From positions 705,428 to 769,427 of the forward strand of contig CAWKGD010000003.1 of assembly GCA_963849105.1 (NCBI GenBank): a DNA stretch of 64,000 nt, in the 5' to 3' direction. The stretch's first letter is position 1; every line of letters begins with the position of its first letter. Source of the DNA: an uncultured Acidimicrobiaceae bacterium (GTDB taxonomy: Bacteria; Actinomycetota; Acidimicrobiia; Acidimicrobiales; Bog-793). The notes under the pieces were generated by a model. It was not told the DNA's origin and searched no databases. It saw only the letters and a list, made by a program, of their open reading frames with translations. This document shows, piece by piece, positions 36,099 to 44,788 of this stretch. Position numbers and translations under genes: made by a program.

Positions 36099-38318
36099 GT
36101 GGGGATGGTGACCGCCCGGACCGACGTCGATCTCGCCGACGAGCCCGCGACCTCCGAGCTTTCCGAGGAGGCCCGCAAGGCCCCAGAGAGTTTCGGGCCG
36201 GATCGGTTCATCAACCGCGAGCTGTCCTGGCTCGAGTTCGCGGACCGCGTCCTCGAGCTCGCTGGAGCGGAGCAATCGCCGCTCCTGTCCCGGGCGAAGT
36301 TCCTGGCGATCTTTTCCTCGGGGCTCGACGAGTTCTTCCAGGTGCGCGTCGCCGGACTGAAGGACCAGCTCGCCGTGGGGGTACGCGAAGCGTTCCCCGA
36401 CGGGCGGACGGTGCTCGAAACCTTCGCCGAGGTGCGCGAACGCGTGCGTGACCTCATCGATCGCCAGTCGCAGATCTACAGCGAGGAGGTCCGCCCGCAG
36501 CTCAGCGAGGCGGGGATCGCGATCGCCGACTACGCCGATCTGAGCGGTGACGATTTCGAGACGTTGCGTCGGGTTTTCTACGAGCAGATCTTCCCGGTCC
36601 TGACCCCGCTCGCCGTCGACCCGGGACACCCGTTCCCGTACATCTCGTCGCTGGCGCTCAACTTGGCGGTGACGATCGAGGACCCCGAAAAAGGCGAGAG
36701 CCGCTTCGCCCGGATCAAGGTCCCGACCCGCCCTGTGCTGCCGAGATTCGTCGAGCTCGACGGCGGTGAAAGGTGGGTGCCCCTCGAACAGGTGATCGCC
36801 GCGAACCTTACCGATTTGTTCCCCGGAATGCGGATCGGCTCGTGCTTCACCTTCCGCGTGACGCGCAACGCCGACTTGGAACTGGACGACTCCGAGGACG
36901 AGGACCTACTCGAGGCCGTCGAAGTCGAGCTTCGGCGCCGGCGCTTCGGCCGCGCCGTTCGCCTCGAGGTCGCCTCCGACATGACCCCAGATGTCGTCGC
37001 GTTCCTCCTTTCCGAGCTCGAGCTCGACGAACGGGACGTCTACCGGATCCCGTCGCTGTTCGACCTCTCGGACCTTTGGGCGATCGCGATGCTCGACCGG
37101 CCCGACCTATCAGAGCCGGCGTTCTCGCCGCGCACCCCGGCTCGGCTCACCCGCGACACCGGCGAACCGGCGGACCTGTTCGGCGTGATCCGCGAGCACG
37201 ACGTGTTGGTCCACCACCCCTACGACTCGTTCGCCTCTTCGGTCGAGGCGTTCATCTCGCAGGCTGCGGCCGATCCCGACGTATTGGCGATCAAACAGAC
37301 GCTCTATCGGACCTCGGGCGAGGCGTCCTTCGTCTCGGCGCTCGCGTCCGCCGCAGAGCAAGGAAAGCAGGTCGTTGCGCTCGTCGAGTTGAAGGCGCGC
37401 TTCGACGAGCGGCGCAACATCGCCTGGGCACGACATTTGGAAGAAGCCGGCGTGCACGTCATCTACGGGGTCGTCGGCTTGAAGACGCACTCGAAGACGG
37501 CACTCGTCGTGCGCAGAGAAGAGGACGGAATCCGCCGTTACTGCCACATCGGGACGGGGAACTACAACTCTGAGACGGCGCGCATCTACGAGGACCTCGG
37601 GCTGCTGAGTTGCGAAGAGACGCTGGGCATCGATCTGACGAACCTTTTCAACCACTTGACGGGTTTCTCGCGCGAGGTCGAGACGACCTCGCTCATCTTG
37701 TCGCCGACGGGCTTTCGCCCCTGGGTCCTCGAGGCGATCGCCCGCGAGCGCGAGTCAGGAGTGAACGGCCGGATCTGCATCAAGGTGAACGGCCTCACAG
37801 ATCCGCAGGTGATCGACGCGCTCTACGAGGCTTCGCAGGCAGGCTGTCGGATCGAGCTCTTGGTGCGGGGCGTGTGTTGCATCCGCCCGCAGATACCGGG
37901 GCTTTCGGACAACATCACCGTGAAGTCGATCGTCGGTGAGTATCTCGAGCACTCGCGCATCTACCGCTTCGGGGTTCCCGGGCGTGACGTGCTCGCGAAA
38001 ACCGTCGTGCGCAAAGGAGATCCGCCAAAGACGATGGGGAACAAAGCGACGTATTTCATCGGTTCGGCAGACTTGATGGAGCGCAACCTGGACCACCGCA
38101 TCGAAGCGGTGGTGCCCGTCCGTCCGGCGGACTTGTGCGCGAGACTCGAAGACATCTTGGCACTCGACCTTCAAGACGACACCTCTTCATGGGAGCTCGA
38201 GCCAAGCGGCGATTGGCATCGTGTGCAACAGATCCGCGGCGTCCACGCGCAACGCCGGTTCGAGGAGCTCGCGCGCGAGCGCTCTCGACGTCGGCGCGGC
38301 GCAGACGGAGCGGCCTGA
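36099..38318 (+). CDS. ppk: Polyphosphate kinase 1
   Basis: 739 aa. N-terminal FINRELSWLEFADRVLE, and the two PLD-like C domains with the HSK motif (GLKTHSK). Confidence 0.93.
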   Translation: MGMVTARTDVDLADEPATSELSEEARKAPESFGPDRFINRELSWLEFADRVLELAGAEQSPLLSRAKFLAIFSSGLDEFFQVRVAGLKDQLAVGVREAFPDGRTVLETFAEVRERVRDLIDRQSQIYSEEVRPQLSEAGIAIADYADLSGDDFETLRRVFYEQIFPVLTPLAVDPGHPFPYISSLALNLAVTIEDPEKGESRFARIKVPTRPVLPRFVELDGGERWVPLEQVIAANLTDLFPGMRIGSCFTFRVTRNADLELDDSEDEDLLEAVEVELRRRRFGRAVRLEVASDMTPDVVAFLLSELELDERDVYRIPSLFDLSDLWAIAMLDRPDLSEPAFSPRTPARLTRDTGEPADLFGVIREHDVLVHHPYDSFASSVEAFISQAAADPDVLAIKQTLYRTSGEASFVSALASAAEQGKQVVALVELKARFDERRNIAWARHLEEAGVHVIYGVVGLKTHSKTALVVRREEDGIRRYCHIGTGNYNSETARIYEDLGLLSCEETLGIDLTNLFNHLTGFSREVETTSLILSPTGFRPWVLEAIARERESGVNGRICIKVNGLTDPQVIDALYEASQAGCRIELLVRGVCCIRPQIPGLSDNITVKSIVGEYLEHSRIYRFGVPGRDVLAKTVVRKGDPPKTMGNKATYFIGSADLMERNLDHRIEAVVPVRPADLCARLEDILALDLQDDTSSWELEPSGDWHRVQQIRGVHAQRRFEELARERSRRRRGADGAA

Positions 38319-38324
38319 TCGCTC

Positions 38325-39908
38325 GTGCGCATCGCGGCGCTCGATCTCGGCAGCAATTCGTTCCACATGATCGTCGTCGAGGCGCGCCTCGACGGCACGT
38401 TTTTGCCCCTGGTGCGCGAGAAACAGACGCTTCGCCTCGGCGATCGCGTCGCGAAGTCCGGTGTCCTCGGCGAGGAGGGCACGTCTGAAGCGCTCGAAGT
38501 CATCACGCGCTTCATCCAGATCGCGCATGCCTCGAAGGCCGACGAGGTGATCGCCGTCGGCACGGCGGCGATCCGGGAGGCGAACGACGGCGCCGCCTTT
38601 GTCGATCGGGTGCGCACTGAGACCGGCGTCGAGATCACCGTCGTCGACGGGAGGCGAGAGGCCGAGCTCATCTTCACCGCCGTGCGCTCGAGCGTGCTCA
38701 TCGATCCCGGTCCGGCGCTGGCGGCCGACCTCGGGGGTGGCAGCTTGGAGCTGATCGTCGGCGACCGTACTGAGATCGCCTACGCGGCGAGCGTGCCGAT
38801 CGGCGTTGGCCGACTGACGACTGCGATCGAGAACGATCCGTTGAAGGACTCGGACCTGCGCCGTCTTCGCAAGGTCGTCGCCGAAGCGCTTGACCCGGTG
38901 ATCGACGAGATCGTCGCGCGCGGACCGAAGCAGTTCATCGTCTCTTCTGGAACATTCCTCGCGCTCGTGCGCATGGCAGCGGCGCGCCAAGACGGCACGG
39001 TGCACGAGATCGTCAACCAGCTGAGCGTCGAGCGCGAGGTGATCGAGGAGCTCGCCGAGGACGTCTTCAAGCTGCGCGCCGCGGATCGGACGAGGCTGCC
39101 GGGCTCCGATCCACGTCGCGCCGAGCAGCTGCCCGCCGGTGCCGTAGTGCTCGAGTACCTGTTGAACGAGACCGGGCTCGGCGAGGTGACGGCGAGCGAA
39201 TGGGCACTCAGAGAAGGGATCGTCCTCGACGCGATCGGCGAGCACGACCCCGTCGAGCTGCTCGGCGACCCGCGGGCGCTACGGCGCTGGTCCGTGCTTT
39301 CACTGTGTCGCCGGTCGAACTGGCGCCAGCCGCATGCCCGTCAGGTCGCCTCGCTTGCCGCGCAGCTGTTCGACGCGACGCGGTTCCTCCACGCGCGGGG
39401 CTCGGACGAGCGCGAGCTGCTCGAGTTCTCGGCGTACCTGCACGACATCGGCGAGCACATCTCGCGGGAGGGCCACGACCGCCACACCGCCTATCTGATC
39501 GAGAACGGGGGGTTGCGCGGCTTTTCCCCGGCCGAGGTCCGCATCCTCGCTTCGATCGGCCGCTTCCACATCCGCGGCACGCCGAAGCCGAGCTTCGAGG
39601 CGTTCGCCGAGCTCTCCGAGGACGACGCGGCGCGAGCCGTCGAGCTCACCGCGATCCTGCGTCTCGCCGATGCGTTGGACGCGTCGCACCGCGGGATCGT
39701 GCGCGCGATCGAGGTGTCGCCGCTCGGACCCGCCCGCACGCTGACGATCGCGGTGCACGCGAACGCCGACGCCGGCCTCGAGCTGTGGAGCGCACGGCGC
39801 AAGCAAGAACTGTTCGAGCGGATCTTCGGCGTCGACTTGGAGGTCAGCGCGGCAGCACCCCCCGGGGCCGCGTACCGTCAGGAGGGGAGCGGCTCAGGTT
39901 TTGGCTGA
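38325..39908 (+). CDS. ppx: Exopolyphosphatase / guanosine pentaphosphate phosphohydrolase family protein (Ppx/GppA) with C-terminal HD domain
   Basis: ASKHA fold N-terminus AALDLGSNSFHM and DLGGGSLE. HD region LHDIGEHIS. It begins 6 nt after ppk. Confidence 0.9.
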   Translation: MRIAALDLGSNSFHMIVVEARLDGTFLPLVREKQTLRLGDRVAKSGVLGEEGTSEALEVITRFIQIAHASKADEVIAVGTAAIREANDGAAFVDRVRTETGVEITVVDGRREAELIFTAVRSSVLIDPGPALAADLGGGSLELIVGDRTEIAYAASVPIGVGRLTTAIENDPLKDSDLRRLRKVVAEALDPVIDEIVARGPKQFIVSSGTFLALVRMAAARQDGTVHEIVNQLSVEREVIEELAEDVFKLRAADRTRLPGSDPRRAEQLPAGAVVLEYLLNETGLGEVTASEWALREGIVLDAIGEHDPVELLGDPRALRRWSVLSLCRRSNWRQPHARQVASLAAQLFDATRFLHARGSDERELLEFSAYLHDIGEHISREGHDRHTAYLIENGGLRGFSPAEVRILASIGRFHIRGTPKPSFEAFAELSEDDAARAVELTAILRLADALDASHRGIVRAIEVSPLGPARTLTIAVHANADAGLELWSARRKQELFERIFGVDLEVSAAAPPGAAYRQEGSGSGFG

Positions 39909-41030
39909 GCGACTCCTGTTCTCGGGCGGCGGGATCCGGTCGACAAAGTCGGTGAGCGCTCGGCGTGAGCCGCGCAGCACCTGACCCCTCGGCAGACGCA
40001 AAGAGAGGTAGCTGACGGCGCCGACGGGGATCGGCAGCCAGAAGTTGACGAGTCGCCATCCCAAGACGCCGAGCAGAGAGACGTTCTTCACGACGCCGAA
40101 GCTCGTCAAAACGAGTGGCAGTGTCGCTTCGACAAAGCCGAGTCCTCCCGGCGTGATCGGGATCACGGCGAGAACGTTGGCGATGCCGTAGGCGGCGAAG
40201 AGTTCGACGGGGTTCACGTATTTGCCGAGCGCGGCGAGGAAAGCCCACAGCGACGCGGCGTCCAACAACCAGTTCAAGGTCGCCCAGACGAGTGCGCTGC
40301 GACGGCGTTCCTTGTTCTGACCGAGACGGCGCAGCGACTCGTCGATCCGCCGCAGGATCGCTTCGATCTGATCGGGCTTCACGCGGGGCACGATCCGCTC
40401 GATGCGGCGGACGAAGCGCTTTGCCGCGTCCTCGCCTCTCGTGAAGGTGTAGATGAGCGCCGCGAAGCCGGCGAGGAGGATCATCCCCAACAGCGCGACG
40501 ACGATGTAGATCGGGTGGAATCCGGCGAAGGGGATCGAGATGACGAGGGCGAGCCACAACATCACGTTCAGCACGACCGCCGAACCCATTCCTTGCGTGG
40601 CCATCGTGAAGCCGGCGTCCGTTCCCGTGACGCCCTCGCTTGTCAGCATGCGGTAGCCGAGGCCGGCTGAAGCGGCCGAGCCACCCGGGACGAGGTGCGC
40701 GACCGCCGTCGTCGACAGGTCGATGCGGAAAAGCCGCGAGATGGTCGGCCGATGCCTGGGTAACAACGTGTAGGTCAACAGCGCGTACGCGAAGAGCGAG
40801 GCGGCTTCGAACACGACCCCGGCGAGGAGCCAACCGATGTTCAATCGCTTCAACAGCGCGAGGTTGTGGCTCGCGCCGATGAGTTCGGGGACGACCAAGT
40901 ACTCGATGACGAGCACGACGAGGAACAAAAGGATGCCGTGGCGGAGCGGCGCCGGGATGCGGGTCCTCCATTTCGAGCGCGGCCGTTCCGGCGATTCGGT
41001 CGACATCTGCCCATGCTCGCACGCCCGCAC
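39894..41030 (-). CDS. Flippase-like membrane protein (UPF0104 / lysylphosphatidylglycerol-synthase TM-region family)
   Basis: 378-aa polytopic ORF with UPF0104-like helices. Family assignment is from memory. An alternative start is ATG 41006. Confidence 0.6.
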   Translation of the reverse strand: MRACEHGQMSTESPERPRSKWRTRIPAPLRHGILLFLVVLVIEYLVVPELIGASHNLALLKRLNIGWLLAGVVFEAASLFAYALLTYTLLPRHRPTISRLFRIDLSTTAVAHLVPGGSAASAGLGYRMLTSEGVTGTDAGFTMATQGMGSAVVLNVMLWLALVISIPFAGFHPIYIVVALLGMILLAGFAALIYTFTRGEDAAKRFVRRIERIVPRVKPDQIEAILRRIDESLRRLGQNKERRRSALVWATLNWLLDAASLWAFLAALGKYVNPVELFAAYGIANVLAVIPITPGGLGFVEATLPLVLTSFGVVKNVSLLGVLGWRLVNFWLPIPVGAVSYLSLRLPRGQVLRGSRRALTDFVDRIPPPENRSRSAKT

Positions 41031-41136
41031 GGCTCACCAGCGGCTTCGCACACACAAGCCGTCCGTGAAGTGCCAGTCCCGGCCCATCAGGCGATTGCCG
41101 CGGTTGACTTGACGCCGTCGAGTTGACTGGGTTGCC

Positions 41137-42300
41137 GTGAGCGATCAGCCCACCCAAAAGGGCGTCGACCGCAACCGGCTCGGGTTCCGGCGGTCGAACG
41201 CATCGGAACAGGCAGTGGAATTCCTCGTCGTCCGTTCGTCGGTCTACGTGCTCCTCGCCGGCATCGTCGTCGTGTTGTTGGTCCTGTTGGCCTGGCGGCT
41301 GCGCGCGACACTGCTGCTCGTCGCGATCGGCATCTTTATTGCGGCGCTCCTCAATCCCTTCGTCCGTTTCCTTCGTCGGAAGGGGATGCGCCGCGGTTAC
41401 GCGGTGGGGATCGTCTATCTGATCCTTGTGCTGCTGGCGCTCGCCTTTGGGTACCTCGTCTTCCACCCGCTCGTCTCGAACGCGACGCGCTTTGCGAAAG
41501 ATCTGCCGACACTTGTCAGTCAGGCGAAGAGAGGAAAGGGCGTCATCGGCCATCTCATCGTGCGACTGCACCTTCAGAATTGGGTCAACAAACACGTCCC
41601 TTCGCTCGAGAGCGCCCTCACGAAACTCTCGAAGCCGGCGTTCGCCGTCGGAAAGACCGTCGTCTCAGGCGTCGCCGGTCTCGTCACGGTCGCCTTCATC
41701 TCGTTCTTCGTGCTCTTGGAGGGCCCGAGGAGCCTCGAAGCGGCGCTCGATTGGATGAACCCCGATCACGCGGGTCGGGTCCGGAAAATCGTCGACGCGA
41801 TGGCAAGTGAGGTGACCGGATTCATGATCGGCGACTTCGCGACTTCGGTGATCGCCGGATTCGTCGTGTTCGCCGCGCTCGAGATCACCGGCGTGCCCTT
41901 TGCCACCGTGCTCGCCGTCTGGGTTGGTCTCGTTGACTTCCTACCGATGGTCGGTGGGCTGCTCGCCGGCGTACCGACGGTGCTCGTCGCGTTCTTGCAT
42001 TCCATCCCGGCGGGGATCGTGACCGTGATCGTCTTCCTCGTCTACCAAGAGATCGAGAACCACGTCCTGTACCCGCTGATCGTCTCGCGCACGGTGCGGC
42101 TGTCGCCGTTGTGGGTGCTGCTCGCCGTGTTGATCGGGGCGGAGACCGGCAACATTTTGGGCTCGACCTTCGGCGCGATCTCCGGAGCAATCCTGGCGGT
42201 GCCTGCTGCGGGATCGATCCAGGTCGCGGCGCGCGAACTGGTCGTCGAGCGCCGGCGCGAGAAGATCGCCAGTCCCATCATCGAGGACGTGTCGGCCTGA
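41137..42300 (+). CDS. AI-2E family transporter (PerM/UPF0118)
   Basis: 387-aa polytopic membrane ORF with the AI-2E-type C-terminal half (VDFLPMVGG..., YQEIENHVLYPLIVSRTVRLSPL). Confidence 0.82.
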   Translation: MSDQPTQKGVDRNRLGFRRSNASEQAVEFLVVRSSVYVLLAGIVVVLLVLLAWRLRATLLLVAIGIFIAALLNPFVRFLRRKGMRRGYAVGIVYLILVLLALAFGYLVFHPLVSNATRFAKDLPTLVSQAKRGKGVIGHLIVRLHLQNWVNKHVPSLESALTKLSKPAFAVGKTVVSGVAGLVTVAFISFFVLLEGPRSLEAALDWMNPDHAGRVRKIVDAMASEVTGFMIGDFATSVIAGFVVFAALEITGVPFATVLAVWVGLVDFLPMVGGLLAGVPTVLVAFLHSIPAGIVTVIVFLVYQEIENHVLYPLIVSRTVRLSPLWVLLAVLIGAETGNILGSTFGAISGAILAVPAAGSIQVAARELVVERRREKIASPIIEDVSA

Positions 42301-42309
42301 TGGCGCCAC

Positions 42310-42740
42310 CGCATTGGTCGCACAGAACTCGCTGCGCGCGCTTTCAGCGAATGCCACCGAGACAGTCGGGTCGGCTTCTGGCTGAGCCACTCGGTGAGTC
42401 CGAGGATCTCAGCGGTTTCTTCGACCGCCGCGCCACCTCCGGCTTCGGAATCTTGCGGAGCTTCAGCGCGTAACGGATGTTCTCCGCGACCGTCATGTGC
42501 GGATATAGCGCGTAACTCTGGAACACCATCGCCACGTCACGGTCGCGCGGCGGGACGTCGTTCATCACGCGGTCGCCGAAGAGGAGCTTCCCCGACGTGA
42601 TCTCATCCAGGGGGACCGACGAAGACCATGAGCTCGCCGTCGTCGACTTCGAGGTCCAAGTGGTACAGGGCCTGGAAGCGGTTCGGGTAGACTTTTGTGA
42701 CCTCCTGCAAGCTGACCGAGGTAATTGCCGCCTGCGCGAT
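42310..42740 (-). pseudogene. Remnant of a MalK/UgpC/MsiK-type sugar ABC transporter ATPase (Walker A deleted, frameshifted, 3' truncated)
   Basis: In three different frames I read [25 protein letters not shown], then [57 protein letters not shown], then [22 protein letters not shown]. The GKST segment and everything after the signature motif are missing. Confidence 0.8.
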
Positions 42741-42857
42741 CCGTCGCCGCCTACACCGTACGCGCGCGAGGCGCTGATACTTTCACGCGAAGCGCGCCGG
42801 TCGCACGCACCGCGTCGTGCGTATGGCGCCCGACGTCGGAAAGTGGAGGTGCCGCCG

Positions 42858-43220
42858 ATGACTTCTGCGTGGTACACGATCGTGATCGACGCACACGACC
42901 CGCGCTCGCTCGCCCGCTTTTGGGCCGACGCGCTCGGGTACCGCGTGCTCTACGAAGACGACGAGGAGGTGCTGATCGCGAAGGGTGACGACGCGTATCC
43001 GGGGATCTGCTTTGTTCCGGTCGACGACGCCAAATTCCAGAAGAACCGTCTCCACATCGACTTGAATCCTGACGACCAGAACGCCGAAGTGGAACGCTTG
43101 CTCGCACTCGGCGCGCGCCGCGCCGACATTGGCCAGGGCGAGGTGAGCTGGGTCGTGCTCGCCGATCCGGAGGACAACGAGTTCTGCGTGCTCAGGCGGC
43201 ACGAGTCCCTCGTCAACTGA
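42858..43220 (+). CDS. VOC (glyoxalase/bleomycin-resistance-like) family protein
   Basis: 120-aa core [21 protein letters not shown]......RLHIDL......E..RL..LGA. GGAGG RBS before ATG 42858. The ORF-track extension back to 42597 is antisense to the ABC remnant. Confidence 0.8.
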   Translation: MTSAWYTIVIDAHDPRSLARFWADALGYRVLYEDDEEVLIAKGDDAYPGICFVPVDDAKFQKNRLHIDLNPDDQNAEVERLLALGARRADIGQGEVSWVVLADPEDNEFCVLRRHESLVN

Positions 43221-43231
43221 GGCGCGCGCGT

Positions 43232-44700
43232 TCAGTTCGTCTGGTGGCGGTCCAAGAAGGCGTACACCTCGAACAGGTCGACCCCGGGATGCGCGGAGAA
43301 GACGACGGTGTCGGTCGGCAGCCCGGAGACGAACTGGCTGCGGTCGCGTGCCGACGCCACGGCGGCACCATCCCACCTGCGCGTTTGCTCCGCCGCCGGC
43401 TCCGAGCAGCACGACGGGTCGGGACAGCGGGACCGCATTTTCCGGGTCGTCTCCGAACCACGGAAGTAGCGCGCGTGCTCGGCGGTCGTACCGACGGTGA
43501 TCGCGTCGCCGAAGTCGGTCCGTATTTCGATGTGCGTCGCGCACCAGAACATCCCAGACGCCGTCTCGGTGTATTGGTAGTGGAGCGCATAGGCGTCTTC
43601 GGATCCGAACGCTTGGCGCGAACCCCACCAGCGGCAGGTCTGCTGTCCTTCGACGGTTCCATCGGCAGCTCTCGGGAGCGGAACGCCGTCGTTCTCATAC
43701 GCCTTCCAGACCCGTCCGTCGCCATCGGAACGGATGAAGTGGACTGGGATCCCGAGGTGGTGCGTAATCAGGTTCGTGATCCGGTGCGCGGCCATCTCAT
43801 ATGAGACGTAGAAGAGTTCGTTGACGTCCTCGACGGAAATATCCCCCGCGGCCTTCGACTCGGTCAGCAGCCTGACGACGCTCGCTTCCGGCGCCAAGAG
43901 CGCCCCTGCGAAGTAGTTCGCCGCGACGCGCTGGCGGACGTACTCCTCGAAATCGGTCGCGTCATGGTGGCCGAGCGCGAAATGACCGAGCGTCTGCGCG
44001 ATTACCGAGCGCGCGGAGCGTGTACCGCCGGTCGTGTTGCGCTGCGGGACGAAGATGACGCGCCGCCTCAGATCGCAGATCGATCTCGTCGAGGTCGGCA
44101 TGTCCATCACCCGCGCGATCTCGAAGCCGTAGTGCGTGGTGATATCGGTCAGGAGCCGTTCGGAGACTGCGCCCGGTCCGGTGTATCCGGCCGCTCGGAG
44201 CGCGCTCGCCGCGGCTTTCTCGATGTCGGCGAAGTAGTTGTCCGCCTCTCGCATCTCGATCCGGACGCGCGCGTTGGCGGCTCGCGCCCGAGGGGATTGG
44301 GAACTCTCTCGGCCGGCGTCGAGAGCGCCTTCACCCTGTCGAACAGCGCGAGGACGTGCTCGATCGCGGTGTCGTCGAGTCCGGCGCTCGGTCGGAGGTA
44401 CGGCAGGTGCAGGCTCGCGTAGCGCGCGTCCTCCTGGACGCGCGCGAGGGCGACGCGCAGCTCGGCACGCCGGTTCGGCGGTTCCGGGTCGAGCAGGTCG
44501 GCGGCGGTGCAGCCGAGGGCCTGGGCGAGGTTGTTGACGAGCGAGAGCCGCGGCTCGCGCTGGCCGTTCTCGATCTGGGAGAGGTAGGAGGCCTGTCGCC
44601 CGACGAGCGCACCGAGCTCGTTCAGCGTCAGGTCACGACGCCGGCGGAAGTGGCGGAGCCGCTCGCCGAAGACGAGCGGGTCGAGGCTGGTGGCATCCAC
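43232..44700 (-). pseudogene. ramB: RamB/ScfR-type XRE-family regulator (HTH + IrrE/ImmA-like + DUF2083-like domains), reading frame broken near 44255-44300
   Basis: The XRE HTH (LTLNELGALVGRQASYLSQIENGQREP) is in ORF 44149..44886. The remainder (MREADNYF..., QTLGHFALGHH, C-terminal Cys-rich part) is in ORF 43232..44254, which is the -1 frame. The combined length of 1469 nt is one nucleotide short of a multiple of 3. GTG start at 44700. Confidence 0.8.
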
Positions 44701-44711
44701 GAGTGAAGTAT

Positions 44712-44781
44712 CGCAGAAATTCACATAATTACAACCACGCCAGATATTCGAGAGTTCTGAATCGAGAAATTTCGCATAATT
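44712..44781. promoter_or_regulatory. Two direct operator-like repeats in the ramB/aceB divergent promoter region
   Basis: CGCAGAAATT-CACATAATT (44712-44730) and TCGAGAAATTTCGCATAATT (44762-44781), about 50 bp apart, in an AT-rich 88-bp intergenic gap. Confidence 0.5.
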
Positions 44782-44788
44782 GTCCACA

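Noticed and set aside
36099-39908. ppk1-ppx adjacency as something unusual, given that rel lies in the same window
   Set aside because: A ppk-ppx operon is a well-known arrangement, for example in E. coli. The genes are 11 kb from rel with unrelated genes between them, so no specific linkage can be claimed.
41095-41136. Repeated GTTGACT motifs upstream of the AI-2E transporter gene (ggTTGACTtgacgccgtcgaGTTGACTgg)
   Set aside because: They are two short -35-like hexamers in a divergent promoter region. They are too short and too few to separate from chance, and no matching -10 element or palindrome is present.
42344-42877. 177-aa ORF treated as a gene
   Set aside because: Only its middle third is ABC-ATPase-like. 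The flanks are out-of-frame read-through of the same decayed gene. It is reported instead as a pseudogene remnant.
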